38,868 bases of DNA, taken from the NCBI GenBank assembly GCA_048939765.1, contig JBHLPF010000013.1, forward strand, positions 39,207 to 78,074, written 5' to 3'. A model generated the notes under the pieces. The model worked only from the letters and a program-made list of their open reading frames with translations, did no database searches and was not told the origin of the DNA. This DNA is from Promethearchaeota archaeon. GTDB lineage: Archaea > Asgardarchaeota > Thorarchaeia > Thorarchaeales > Thorarchaeaceae. Position 1 is the first letter of the stretch; every line of letters begins with the position of its first letter. Below are positions 8,686 to 18,254 of this stretch, piece after piece. The position numbers and the translations under genes are program-made.

Positions 8686-10131
8686 TTACTCTGCTGCCTT
8701 GTCATCTGTTGTAGGTTGTGGGAGCCCCATTAGATATGCATGCATTGATTTCGCCGCGATTCTCCCAGCACCCATCGCTTCAATCACTGTGGCTGAACCT
8801 GTAACAATATCACCACCAGCCCATATTTGAGGGATGTTCGTCCGATTGTTCTCATTTACAACAATGTAGCCCCACTTGTTGAGTTCTAAGTCAGGCATTG
8901 TCTTTGTCAATAGTGGGTTTGCACCTGCTCCGATTGAGATGATGACTTGATCGCATTCCATCTCAAAGTTTGAGCCCGCGATAGGAATTGGTCGTTTTCT
9001 TCCGCTGGCATCAGGTTCCCCGAGCTCCATCCTAATGCATTCCATGCCTACAACGTTGCCATCTTTACCAAGAATCCTGACAGGATTCGTAAGCAACTGG
9101 AATATGATGTCCTCCTCCTCGGCATGATGGACTTCTTCTGCTCTTGCCGGGAGCTGTTCTCGTGCTCGCCTGTATACGATGGTCACCTTCGCACCCAATC
9201 TTTTGGCGGTCCGAGCAGAGTCCATAGCTACATTTCCTCCACCAACAACACAAACATGCTTTCCCGGGGGCAATGGAGAGTCATAATCAGGAAACAAATA
9301 GCCCTTCATGAGATTGGATCTGGTCAAGTACTCATTAGCAGAGAATACTCCGTTCAATTCTTCTCCCTCGATTCTCATGAACCACGGAAGGCCTGCTCCT
9401 ACACCGATGTAGATTGCATCATATTCATCCATGAGCTCATCCATTGTTACTGTCATTCCAGCAACAACATTCAGCTCAAAGCGCACTCCTTGCTTTGCTA
9501 GATAGTCCACTTCGGCTGCGACTATTTCTTTTGGGAGTCTGAATTCGGGGATACCGTAGACTAGAACGCCGCCGGCCTTATGGAGTGCTTCAAAGACAGC
9601 AACCTCATGACCCAAGAGAATTAGGTCGCCTGCAACCGTCAGACCAGATGGCCCGGAGCCAATTATAGCAACTTTCTTTCCTGTTGGTTTTGGACTTGGT
9701 GGGATCTCGACCAGATTATTGTTCCTCTCATAATCGGCTACAAAGCGTTCCAGAGCACCAATAGAAACTCCACCATATCTCTTGAAAAGCGTGCAATCTC
9801 CTTCGCATTGATTCTCTTGGGGGCATACTCTTCCAGTGACAGCAGGAAGCACATTAGTTTCCTTGATTAGTTTCGCAGCCTCTCCAAACTTCCCTTCTCC
9901 TACTAGCTTGATGAATTCAGGAATTTGAACACCGACAGGACAGCCAGAAACACAAGGTTGCTTTCTGCAATCAAGGCATCTTTTTGCTTCTTGCATAGCT
10001 TGTTCAGGTGTGAGCCCCAATGGGACCTCCTGGAAATTCGTTGCTCTCAATGACGGATTTTGCGCTGGCATCTTGGCTCTGGGAATGGCCATCCGTTCTT
10101 TGGGGGTGAGTCCATCTCTTCGTTCGCTCAC
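8686..10131 (-). CDS. nfnB: NfnB/SudA (GltD-like) NADPH-dependent flavin Fe-S subunit of NADH-dependent ferredoxin:NADP+ oxidoreductase
   Basis: CLDCRKQPCVSGCP, RVCPQENQCEGDC, FAD motif GSGPSG, YGIPEFRLPK, NADPH motif GGGNVAMD...YRR, GGDIVTG; adjacent to an NfnA gene. Confidence 0.9.
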   Translation of the reverse strand: MSERRDGLTPKERMAIPRAKMPAQNPSLRATNFQEVPLGLTPEQAMQEAKRCLDCRKQPCVSGCPVGVQIPEFIKLVGEGKFGEAAKLIKETNVLPAVTGRVCPQENQCEGDCTLFKRYGGVSIGALERFVADYERNNNLVEIPPSPKPTGKKVAIIGSGPSGLTVAGDLILLGHEVAVFEALHKAGGVLVYGIPEFRLPKEIVAAEVDYLAKQGVRFELNVVAGMTVTMDELMDEYDAIYIGVGAGLPWFMRIEGEELNGVFSANEYLTRSNLMKGYLFPDYDSPLPPGKHVCVVGGGNVAMDSARTAKRLGAKVTIVYRRAREQLPARAEEVHHAEEEDIIFQLLTNPVRILGKDGNVVGMECIRMELGEPDASGRKRPIPIAGSNFEMECDQVIISIGAGANPLLTKTMPDLELNKWGYIVVNENNRTNIPQIWAGGDIVTGSATVIEAMGAGRIAAKSMHAYLMGLPQPTTDDKAAE

Positions 10132-11007
10132 TTAGGCCACCTCCCTGCGGTCCTTTGCACAATCCTTCAAAGCGCCATCTATTCGACTTTTATGGAATTG
10201 ATATGCCATATTCTCTTCTGCAGCGTATGCATGTTTTCTTGCGAAGACCATGTCCCAGTTCACCAGATGCCCATCAAAGTCAGGACCATCAACGCACGTA
10301 AACTTCGTATTCCCATCCACTTCAACGCGACAGATTCCGCACATCCCTGTGCCATCTAGCATCAATGAGTTCATAGCTACGATTGTGGGAATATTGTGCT
10401 CTTTTGTGCCCCTTGAGGAAACCATCATCATGTAGGTGCAGCCAATGAAGTGGGCGTAGTCGATTTTTCCCTCCTTTTCCAGAATATGCGGCAAGGCTTC
10501 GGGAACATGTCCCATGAGCCCCCTGGAGCCATCAGCGGTCACAATATATAGCTCATCGACTACCTCTCGAATCTTCTCTTCATTGTATATGATATATGTT
10601 GTTCGAGCCTCAAAGAGACCAATCACTCTGTTGCCCGCTTCCTTGTACGCTTTTGCCAGAGGGTAAATCGCGCCCAGTCCATAGCAACCGCCGCCTAGAA
10701 GAACAGTTCCAAATTTCTCAATCTTCGAAGGTCTTCCAAGGGGCCCTACGAGTGTATATACCATCTCGCCTGGTTTCATACGACCAAGTTTCATTGTTGA
10801 AACTCCGGCCTCCTGATAGAAGATGGTAATAGTGCCATCTTCAGGGGACCAATCGGAAAGTGTGAAGGGTGTCCTTTCTCCCTCCTCGTCAGGTATTATT
10901 ATGATGAATTGCCCTGGTTTAGCCCGCTTAGCGATTAATGGTGCAGATAGAACAAGGCGGTGCACGTTAGGAACCACTTCTTCATTGATAATAATCTCTC
11001 CTTTCAT
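10132..11007 (-). CDS. nfnA: NfnA/SudB (PyrK/FNR-like) FAD/[2Fe-2S] subunit
   Basis: KPGQFII, ERTPFTL, GPLGRP, and the Asp/Cys [2Fe-2S] motif MLDGTGMCGICRV...TCVDGPDFD. Confidence 0.9.
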   Translation of the reverse strand: MKGEIIINEEVVPNVHRLVLSAPLIAKRAKPGQFIIIIPDEEGERTPFTLSDWSPEDGTITIFYQEAGVSTMKLGRMKPGEMVYTLVGPLGRPSKIEKFGTVLLGGGCYGLGAIYPLAKAYKEAGNRVIGLFEARTTYIIYNEEKIREVVDELYIVTADGSRGLMGHVPEALPHILEKEGKIDYAHFIGCTYMMMVSSRGTKEHNIPTIVAMNSLMLDGTGMCGICRVEVDGNTKFTCVDGPDFDGHLVNWDMVFARKHAYAAEENMAYQFHKSRIDGALKDCAKDRREVA

Positions 11008-13316
11008 GAAACCACCTCCCTCGCCTTCGCGGCCCTTTCTTTCTGAACGCGTTTCACTAGTTCATCCAGATTCTCTTCCGTAGGTGGCCTGTCTCTGTCT
11101 GGAAGTGCGTCTATGAAGATAGCCAGATCCTCAATCCTCTCAGGGATTACCGCGCCTCTATATCTGGGATACCAATCGTTCTTCTCTCTAGATGCAGGTT
11201 TCCATGATGCCCTTATTGTTTGTCCACCGGTTTCTATGCTGCGAGTGAAGCGTGACAGTTCCTTCCAGACTTCCTCAGCTGTTTCAAAGGCAAATCCCTT
11301 TGCACCAATCTTCTGACCTAGTTCGGCAAAGATCTGCCAGTCCTGTCGAGGTGTTCCTGGGCCTTTTGCAATGGGTTTGATTTTAAGCGGTTTCATCTCA
11401 AGATTGATGAATGTCCCACTCTCCTCTAGAAAGGCCGCGGCAGGAAGGATCACTGATGCAAAATTCGACCACTCTGATGGATAGGGTGATTGATAGATTA
11501 CAGTTGGCACCTTCTCAAATCCTGCAGAGGATAAAGACCCCTCCGCAATATACAGCACATCCAATTCGCCCTTCTTCGCCTTCTGACGCATCTCAACTAA
11601 ATGGAGGCCGTCCGTGAAGTTAGCTTCCTCCCAAGTTTTTTCCATGAGTCGCTTGATATCCTTGATAGTCACAGAAGTAGGACCTGGCAGCATCTCAGGA
11701 CGCAATCCCGCTCTCAAAGCTCCAGCTTCATTTCCTAATGGGAACAATGGGTATATTGCACCATCTTCTCCAGCAAGTCGCACAAGGGTACGAAGTGCTA
11801 GATTTGGCTGTTTGATTTCCAGAATTCTGGGTCCAAGTAGGATGGCTCCTTTTCCATCTCCCGTAATTTCAATAAGCCGTTGAGCCTGAGCCTTTGTCGT
11901 CCCATGTATACTCACATTGCGTTCAGCAAGATTCTTCAGAAATCTAGGCACATCCTTTGGCCGCATCGGGAAATGGAAGGCCGCCCATCTCTGTAGGTTA
12001 TCACCTACACTTCCAACTGCAATGAGTGGCTTGCCTTGTCTTACCTGTTTGTACACGACCTTTGCGACTACCTGATGTGTCTTGACAAAATCGCCGCCAA
12101 CTGACATTATCCAGTCTACATCGTCTAGGTGGTCGAGTCCGCGTATTATAGCAAAGTCTTGAGGAGCTGCAAGCTCCTTGTGAATCAGTGCTGGGAAGTC
12201 TGATCCTTGAAAGTCCACATTCGGACTCCTTACACCCACCCTGGCCAATTTATGGAACAAATATGCCGACTCGGTACTCATCTGAGGGCTTCCAATGAAT
12301 CCAACTCTTTCTGGATTGGCTTCCTTCAGAATCCGGGCTGTTTCGTCCAACGCCTCTTCCCAAGATACTGGAACTAGGCTTCCTTCCTTCATCAGACGCG
12401 GTGTTCTAATTCGGTCTGGTGCATTGACCAGAGAGGGTATGCAGAATCTACCTATTACACACATATGTCCGTGATTGGGTGAACTCTCGCGGCTTCCAGC
12501 CTCAGATCCCATCACCCTGTTCCATTTGATATTGAATTGGGTTTGACAGCCAAGTCCGCAGAGGACGCATGTGGTTTCCTCAATTGAATCTGGTGCACCA
12601 GTCCATTTTGTCATTCGTGGCTTCAGCGAGCCAGTAGGACAGACATCGATGCACGCTCCACAGAACCAGCATCCACTCTCAATGTGAGAAATACCAAATG
12701 ACGTATCAACTCTGGTCTTATGTCCGCGCTTTGCAAAGGTTATCGCGGAGGTTCCTCGAATGTCATCACAGACGCGAATACATCTTGCGCAGAGGATGCA
12801 TAGATTGTAGTCCCTATCGAAGAATGGATCATGCCGCTCGACTTCAATTTCCTTGTAATGCGGGAGATAATCAAGATTCTTGATTCCCAGGAATTCCACA
12901 ACCTCTCTCAGCTGGCATGTGTATCGATTTGGGCACGTTGTGCATCCCGTAACTCTTCCTGCCTTGTAGGGCTCTGGTCTATACTCGTTGCAGCCTTCCT
13001 GCTCTGCGCAAACCATACACGCACTCGGGTGTTCCATAAGAAGGAGCTGCATGATTCTGCGCTTAAGGGTCAAAAGCTTCTCTGTGGATGTCTTGACTTG
13101 CATTCCATCTTTTGCAGCAGTGCTGCATGCAGGCGGAAATCCTCTCATTCCTTCAACTTGAACAATGCACATCCTGCAGCCACCATGTGATTCCAATTCA
13201 TCGTGGTCACATAGAGTTGGGATGTAAATGCCAAATTGCCTGGCAACATCAAGGATGGTGTCCCCCTTCTCCTCAAACTCGAGCTTACGGCCATCAATAT
13301 GCATAATCGCCATCAC
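11004..13316 (-). CDS. NuoG/FdhA-like Fe-S subunit (HydA/BfuA-type N-terminus, molybdopterin-oxidoreductase fold lacking the Mo ligand)
   Basis: [2Fe-2S] IPTLC...GCRMC...PPAC; His/Cys cluster HPSACMVC...C; CILCARCIRVC and CWFCGACIDVCP; TTCVLCGLGC...MCVIGRF. The Fdh catalytic loop is replaced by NVDFQGSDF. Confidence 0.85.
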   Translation of the reverse strand: MMAIMHIDGRKLEFEEKGDTILDVARQFGIYIPTLCDHDELESHGGCRMCIVQVEGMRGFPPACSTAAKDGMQVKTSTEKLLTLKRRIMQLLLMEHPSACMVCAEQEGCNEYRPEPYKAGRVTGCTTCPNRYTCQLREVVEFLGIKNLDYLPHYKEIEVERHDPFFDRDYNLCILCARCIRVCDDIRGTSAITFAKRGHKTRVDTSFGISHIESGCWFCGACIDVCPTGSLKPRMTKWTGAPDSIEETTCVLCGLGCQTQFNIKWNRVMGSEAGSRESSPNHGHMCVIGRFCIPSLVNAPDRIRTPRLMKEGSLVPVSWEEALDETARILKEANPERVGFIGSPQMSTESAYLFHKLARVGVRSPNVDFQGSDFPALIHKELAAPQDFAIIRGLDHLDDVDWIMSVGGDFVKTHQVVAKVVYKQVRQGKPLIAVGSVGDNLQRWAAFHFPMRPKDVPRFLKNLAERNVSIHGTTKAQAQRLIEITGDGKGAILLGPRILEIKQPNLALRTLVRLAGEDGAIYPLFPLGNEAGALRAGLRPEMLPGPTSVTIKDIKRLMEKTWEEANFTDGLHLVEMRQKAKKGELDVLYIAEGSLSSAGFEKVPTVIYQSPYPSEWSNFASVILPAAAFLEESGTFINLEMKPLKIKPIAKGPGTPRQDWQIFAELGQKIGAKGFAFETAEEVWKELSRFTRSIETGGQTIRASWKPASREKNDWYPRYRGAVIPERIEDLAIFIDALPDRDRPPTEENLDELVKRVQKERAAKAREVVS

Positions 13317-15154
13317 TCTGCCCCTCCCTTTGCATGCCTCAGCTCGCTATGAGCGGATATCTTCAATACTGCATCTGCCTTAGGAGGGCAGACCTCATAA
13401 CAAGCGCCACACTTGATGCAAAGATCCTGCTGGATATGGTGAATCTCATCTTTTCTACCCTGTGCAGCCCCTGTTGGACAAATCCTTTTGCAAGCCCCGC
13501 ATGCAATGCATTTATCCGGGTCTATGACGAATTTAACAAGGTCTCTGCAGACCATTGCTGGACAGGTCCTGTCCTTGATGTGGGTTTCATATTCACTCCT
13601 AAAATACTCGATAGTTGTAAGGACTGGATTGGGTGCGTTTTGTCCAAGCCCACAAAGAGATCCATCTACAACGGTTTCGCACAGTTCGAGAAGTTTCTCA
13701 ATATCTCCATCCTCACCACGCCCTTCTCGAATCTTGTCAAGAATGCGAAGCATCTGAAGGGTGCCCATCCTGCAGGGTGTGCATTTGCCACATGATTCTT
13801 GCTGCGTGAATGATAGGAAGTATCTTGCAACATCCACCATGCAGGTCGTTTCATCCATTACTATCATCCCGCCAGAGCCCATGATAGCTCCAGCCTCTCT
13901 AAGTGAATCGAAATCCACAGGGAGGTCAAGCTTCTCTGCTGGAAGACATCCCCCGGCCGGACCACCGGTCTGAACTGCCTTGAAGGTGCGGTCATCCTTG
14001 ATGCCACCACCCACATCGAATATGATGTGCCGAAGTGTTGCCCCCATAGGCACTTCGACCAAGCCTGTGTTCTTGACTTTTCCAGTAAGTGAGAATATTG
14101 CAGTCCCAGGGCTGCCGTCTGTCCCAATTGATTTGAACCATTCCCACCCTTCTCTGAGAATGATGGATGCATTCGCTAGGCTCTTTACATTATTGATCAC
14201 TGTAGGTTTGCCCCAAAGGCCAGACTCTGAAGGGAATGGTGGTCTAGGCCTAGGCATTCCTCTTCGTCCTTCAATAGATGCCATGAGGGCAGTTTCTTCA
14301 CCACAAACAAATGCTCCCGCACCTTCCATCAGATGAATTCGGAGGCTGAAGTTTGAGCCCAGAATGGAGTCCCCCCAGAATCCTCTCTCATAGGATGCCT
14401 TCAGAGCTTTCTTCAATGAGGCTACGGCGGCAGGATATTCATGACGAACATATACGTAGGCCTCATCGGCTCCAATAGCATAGGCGCATATTGAGAGACC
14501 CTCAAGGACGGAATGGGGATCTGCACCAAGAATGGACCCATCCATGAACGCACCAGGGTCTCCCTCATCTGCATTACAGATCGCGTATTTCTTATCTCCT
14601 GGGGAATTCCTTGTGAGTTTCCACTTCAATCCTGCTGGAAATCCTGCTCCCCCTCTGCCTCTAAGGCCGGAATTTGAAATCTCTTCTATGACCTCTTCTG
14701 GAGTCATTTCTTTCAGAGCACGTTCAAATCCCTTGTAGCCGCCGACTGAAAGATAATCATCTATTCTGCCTGGATCGATATGACCAGAGTTCTTCAACAC
14801 CACTCGATGTTGCTTGGAGTAGAATGGGATGTCCCTATAGTGAGGAATTCTCTCTCCTTCAGGCGATTGATAGAATAGCCTCTCAACTGGCTTTCCTCTG
14901 GAGAAGTGCGAATCCACGATTTCTGGAATATCCTCCTCTCTCACTTGACAATAGAATAAGCCTTCTGGCTCAATGGCAACTACAGGACCCTGTTGGCAGA
15001 GTCCATGGCATCCAATTCTCGTGATCTTGACCTTATTCTCGAGCTTCTTGTTCTTGACCTGTTCAGTCATCCTGATGTAGAGTGTCTCAGACTTGGCTGA
15101 CTCGCAGCCCGTACCCAAACAGATCAAGGCCTCAATCTCATCAGATTCGACCAT
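13313..15154 (-). CDS. NuoF/HydB-like (BfuB) FMN/NAD-binding subunit with N-terminal [2Fe-2S] and C-terminal 2x[4Fe-4S]
   Basis: CLGTGC...GCHGLC, SGLRGRGGAGFP, NADEGDPGAFMD, GAGAFVCGEETAL, ESCGKCTPCR, HIKDRTCPAMVC, CIACGACKRICP and CIKCGACYEVCP. Confidence 0.93.
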   Translation of the reverse strand: MVESDEIEALICLGTGCESAKSETLYIRMTEQVKNKKLENKVKITRIGCHGLCQQGPVVAIEPEGLFYCQVREEDIPEIVDSHFSRGKPVERLFYQSPEGERIPHYRDIPFYSKQHRVVLKNSGHIDPGRIDDYLSVGGYKGFERALKEMTPEEVIEEISNSGLRGRGGAGFPAGLKWKLTRNSPGDKKYAICNADEGDPGAFMDGSILGADPHSVLEGLSICAYAIGADEAYVYVRHEYPAAVASLKKALKASYERGFWGDSILGSNFSLRIHLMEGAGAFVCGEETALMASIEGRRGMPRPRPPFPSESGLWGKPTVINNVKSLANASIILREGWEWFKSIGTDGSPGTAIFSLTGKVKNTGLVEVPMGATLRHIIFDVGGGIKDDRTFKAVQTGGPAGGCLPAEKLDLPVDFDSLREAGAIMGSGGMIVMDETTCMVDVARYFLSFTQQESCGKCTPCRMGTLQMLRILDKIREGRGEDGDIEKLLELCETVVDGSLCGLGQNAPNPVLTTIEYFRSEYETHIKDRTCPAMVCRDLVKFVIDPDKCIACGACKRICPTGAAQGRKDEIHHIQQDLCIKCGACYEVCPPKADAVLKISAHSELRHAKGGAE

Positions 15155-15167
15155 AGCTCCCCCTCCA

Positions 15168-15635
15168 TTATTCGTCGCTATCGGTGGTGGCTTTCTTGTC
15201 TTCTCTATCAGTTTTGTCTAACAGGCGTTTGAGAGACCTTTGTGTCATTCTACCATGAACCTCATCGTCCATCACTATGTTTGGCGCCAGAGCACAAGCT
15301 CCAACACAGGCTACCCGTTCCAGATTGTATCTCTCATCAGTGGTGGTTTCACCGGGCTGGATGCTTAGCTTCTCACTGAGTGCGTCCAGGAGCTTCTCTC
15401 CTCCACCAACATGGCATGCTGTACCAAGGCAGACTCTAATCTCATGCTTTCCGGGAGGATTAAATCTGAAGTAATTGTAAAACGTGGCTACTCCGTAAAT
15501 CTCCTGAGGGCTCAATCTCAATTTGCTTGAAAGCCACTCAACGGCTTGTTGGGGTATATACCCAAACCTCTCTTGAATCTCCTGCAACCTAGGAATCACT
15601 TGATGTTGAAGATCAGAGGCGGACTGCTCGGACAT
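15168..15635 (-). CDS. NuoE/HydC-like (BfuC) [2Fe-2S] subunit
   Basis: LQEIQERFGYIP, YGVATFY, VCLGTACHV, VACVGACALAP. Confidence 0.93.
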   Translation of the reverse strand: MSEQSASDLQHQVIPRLQEIQERFGYIPQQAVEWLSSKLRLSPQEIYGVATFYNYFRFNPPGKHEIRVCLGTACHVGGGEKLLDALSEKLSIQPGETTTDERYNLERVACVGACALAPNIVMDDEVHGRMTQRSLKRLLDKTDREDKKATTDSDE

Positions 15636-15756
15636 GACTTAGGCTCGGCCTTCATCGGTCATAAAAGGATTTGCAAACGAATGCATTTCTGACTACTCTC
15701 ATGTATTGTAAGGGTTCATTAGACAGCGACAGGCATCACTAGTCTTGGTGCTAAAA

Positions 15757-17277
15757 ATGCAAGAGTCGCCTCTGACCACTCAAGAGATGCGAATCCTTGA
15801 GCTCAACGCACAGTATCTGGGTGTTACACACAGCATGCTCATGCAGAATGCAGGACGTGAAGCCGCACGTGTGGTCACAGAAAACGAAATTGTGCAGGGA
15901 AAGCGTATTGTGATTCTATGCGGTCTGGGAGGAAACGGTGGAGATGGAATGGTGGCTGCTCGGTATTTGCAGGAAGAGGGCGCAGCTGTCGAGGTCTATC
16001 TATTGGGCTCTGAGAATGATATAACCAATCCCGAAACAGCTGTAAATTGGAGCATTTTGAAGAATCTGCGCGAGATCACAAGAGATGTTCTTAAGACGGA
16101 GTCCTCTGTAAAGAGAGCCAAATCCATTCTTGATGCTGATATCATAATCGATGGAATGATGGGATTTGGGCTGAAAAGCCGTCTACGTGAACCTATTCTG
16201 TCTGGTGTTGTGATGTTCAACAAGTCTGCAGCGAGGAAGTATGCAATCGATGTCCCTACAGGGATTGACTCAGATACAGGCGAGATATACGGTAAGGCAG
16301 TAAAAGCAGACGTCACAATTGCGCTTCACGGACCAAAGAAGGGAACTCTAGCTGTGAAGGAGCTCGTTGGAAAAACGAAGATTGTATCAATCGGGATTCC
16401 TTCTGAGGCGAATACCACTTGCGGTCCAGGTGATGTTTCCCATTTCGTGCAGCCAAGAAAACCAACCGCTCGAAAGGGTGACTTTGGACGAATTCTCGTC
16501 ATCGGAGGTAGTGATGTCTATTCCGGAGCACCAGCTCTAGCTGGACTTGCGGCCCTTAGGACTGGGGCTGATCTTGTGAGCATAATGACGCCTGAACCTG
16601 TCGTTGATGCTGTTCGTTCATATAGCCCCAATCTAATGGTCAGCAGTCTAGGAACTCGAGTGCTGATGCGTGAATCAGTGGAATCCATCATTGAAGCAGC
16701 TGCCAATCAAGATGTTGTTGCACTTGGACCGGGCTTGGGTCTTGATCGTGGTACCGTGTTAGCAGTAAGAGCCATTGTTGACAAGTTGGTAAGCGTCGCA
16801 AAGCCAATCATTTTGGATGCAGATGGGCTAAAGGCTCTGGCTGGTTCGGAGCAACGTTTGAACCCTGACTTTTCCATTCTAACCCCGCATTGGGGAGAGC
16901 TGTCCATTCTAATGGAGAAGAGTCTTGGAATGGCAAGTGACATGGCGAATCGAATAGATGCAGCTCTAGAAACAGCAAAGAAGTACAATTCTGTAATCTT
17001 GCTAAAGGGACCTATTGACATTGTAGCTCATCCTGATGGTCGACATAAACTGAATCGCACAGGAGTTCCTGCGATGAGCGTGGGCGGCACTGGTGATGTT
17101 CTGTCAGGGATTGTTGCTGCACTGTTGGCAAGAGGACATGGTGCATTTAAAGCGGCTTCAGCTGCAGCTTTTGTATCAGGTACAGCCGGTGAATTGGCAT
17201 TCAACGAGCTTGGCGACCATATCATGGCTACTGACTGCATCGAAAGGATTCCAGCAGCGATGGACTCTAGACACTAA
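15757..17277 (+). CDS. nnr: Bifunctional NAD(P)H-hydrate epimerase/dehydratase (Nnr, YjeF)
   Basis: LMQNAG, CGLGGNGGDG and AIDVPTG (epimerase); KGDFGRILVIGGS, GPGLG, DADGL, LTPHWGE and GGTGDVLSG (dehydratase). ATG 15757 preferred over TTG 15745. Confidence 0.93.
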   Translation: MQESPLTTQEMRILELNAQYLGVTHSMLMQNAGREAARVVTENEIVQGKRIVILCGLGGNGGDGMVAARYLQEEGAAVEVYLLGSENDITNPETAVNWSILKNLREITRDVLKTESSVKRAKSILDADIIIDGMMGFGLKSRLREPILSGVVMFNKSAARKYAIDVPTGIDSDTGEIYGKAVKADVTIALHGPKKGTLAVKELVGKTKIVSIGIPSEANTTCGPGDVSHFVQPRKPTARKGDFGRILVIGGSDVYSGAPALAGLAALRTGADLVSIMTPEPVVDAVRSYSPNLMVSSLGTRVLMRESVESIIEAAANQDVVALGPGLGLDRGTVLAVRAIVDKLVSVAKPIILDADGLKALAGSEQRLNPDFSILTPHWGELSILMEKSLGMASDMANRIDAALETAKKYNSVILLKGPIDIVAHPDGRHKLNRTGVPAMSVGGTGDVLSGIVAALLARGHGAFKAASAAAFVSGTAGELAFNELGDHIMATDCIERIPAAMDSRH

Positions 17278-18254
17278 TCTATGATTGGCATTTTGTTCAG
17301 GAGTGATCTAGCTAGCATCTTATTCTCCTTATGGACAGGCACCCATACAATGCCTGCGTCAGGTTGACCATAGAGCATGATGGAACCACTAGGTGCTAGG
17401 AGGACTCCAGGAAATCCCATCAGGTCCTCTTCTCCATCAACAACGATAAGAGACCGCTTCTTGTCACGTATCGCTGTATCGATAGTGGACCATGCTTCAG
17501 GATATAGTACCGCTGCCGGATTATAGAACATGTATTCTCGTTCGCCAGAGAAGGTGCCCTCGAATTTTCCTCGCTTCGTTATTCCATCCACAATCGAAAC
17601 ATCAGGTATGTATTCTTCTTCAATGAGCGTGGCTACAGTTACATCTCCCACTGCTATGACACACTTAGGACTCTCCTCAATGATCCTTTCAACTACTCTC
17701 TTCTGAGGTGGGCCATCATTCTTGTGATATAGGTCTCCTTTTGGCGCCTTTAGCTCGCCTCTATGTGTGAGATCAAGTTTTCGTGGTGGCTCCCTGGTTC
17801 CTCTGAGCCGTTTTCCCTCCCTATCTATTTCCCCCTTCCGAACCCTGGCAGATGTTAGCTTGTCTCCGTCAAATGCTCGGACAGGCTTTAGGTAATCAAG
17901 AACATCCTCGTATCGGGTTCTCTTATCTAACGCGCCAGACCTCACTTCATCACAGCACGGTCCCTGATACATCAAGAATTTAGTTGCTCCTTTAATAGAA
18001 AGCAACTCACTAAACTGCGTCATTGTGATGGCATCAATTGTCTTGTCGAGCTCTTCTTCCTCTAGGTATTCCTTCAGTTTGGCTAGCCGTACCTCAATTG
18101 GCTGGATTATGCATTGAAGGTCAAGATTCCGTCCAACGATCTCGCCTCCGGTGACAACTGCAACGGGACTAGGCATATCTGATAGTCTATCTATCAATGC
18201 TTGATGTCCCAGATGGAATCTATCAAATAGATTCAGCGCATACGTGCCAGCCAT
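17274..18254 (-). CDS. Fused phosphopantetheine adenylyltransferase (archaeal CoaD) + GTP-dependent dephospho-CoA kinase (DUF359)
   Basis: N-terminal FDRFHLGH (HxGH) and LTSARVRKGEIDREG (CoaD-like C-terminus). C-terminal half LKAPKG, VGDVT, IVDGITKR, NPAA, VDGEEDL and YGQP (DUF359 motifs). Confidence 0.82.
   Translation of the reverse strand: MAGTYALNLFDRFHLGHQALIDRLSDMPSPVAVVTGGEIVGRNLDLQCIIQPIEVRLAKLKEYLEEEELDKTIDAITMTQFSELLSIKGATKFLMYQGPCCDEVRSGALDKRTRYEDVLDYLKPVRAFDGDKLTSARVRKGEIDREGKRLRGTREPPRKLDLTHRGELKAPKGDLYHKNDGPPQKRVVERIIEESPKCVIAVGDVTVATLIEEEYIPDVSIVDGITKRGKFEGTFSGEREYMFYNPAAVLYPEAWSTIDTAIRDKKRSLIVVDGEEDLMGFPGVLLAPSGSIMLYGQPDAGIVWVPVHKENKMLARSLLNKMPIID

Noticed and set aside
8686-10131. 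Glutamate synthase small subunit (gltD)
   Set aside because: No gltB nearby, and it is directly coupled to an NfnA/SudB gene.
11004-13316. Selenocysteine formate dehydrogenase or [FeFe]-hydrogenase
   Set aside because: No in-frame TGA, no Mo-ligand motif and no H-cluster motifs.
13313-15635. Respiratory complex I N-module
   Set aside because: No other nuo genes are adjacent, and the NuoF-like protein has HydB-type extra Fe-S domains and is coupled to nfnAB.
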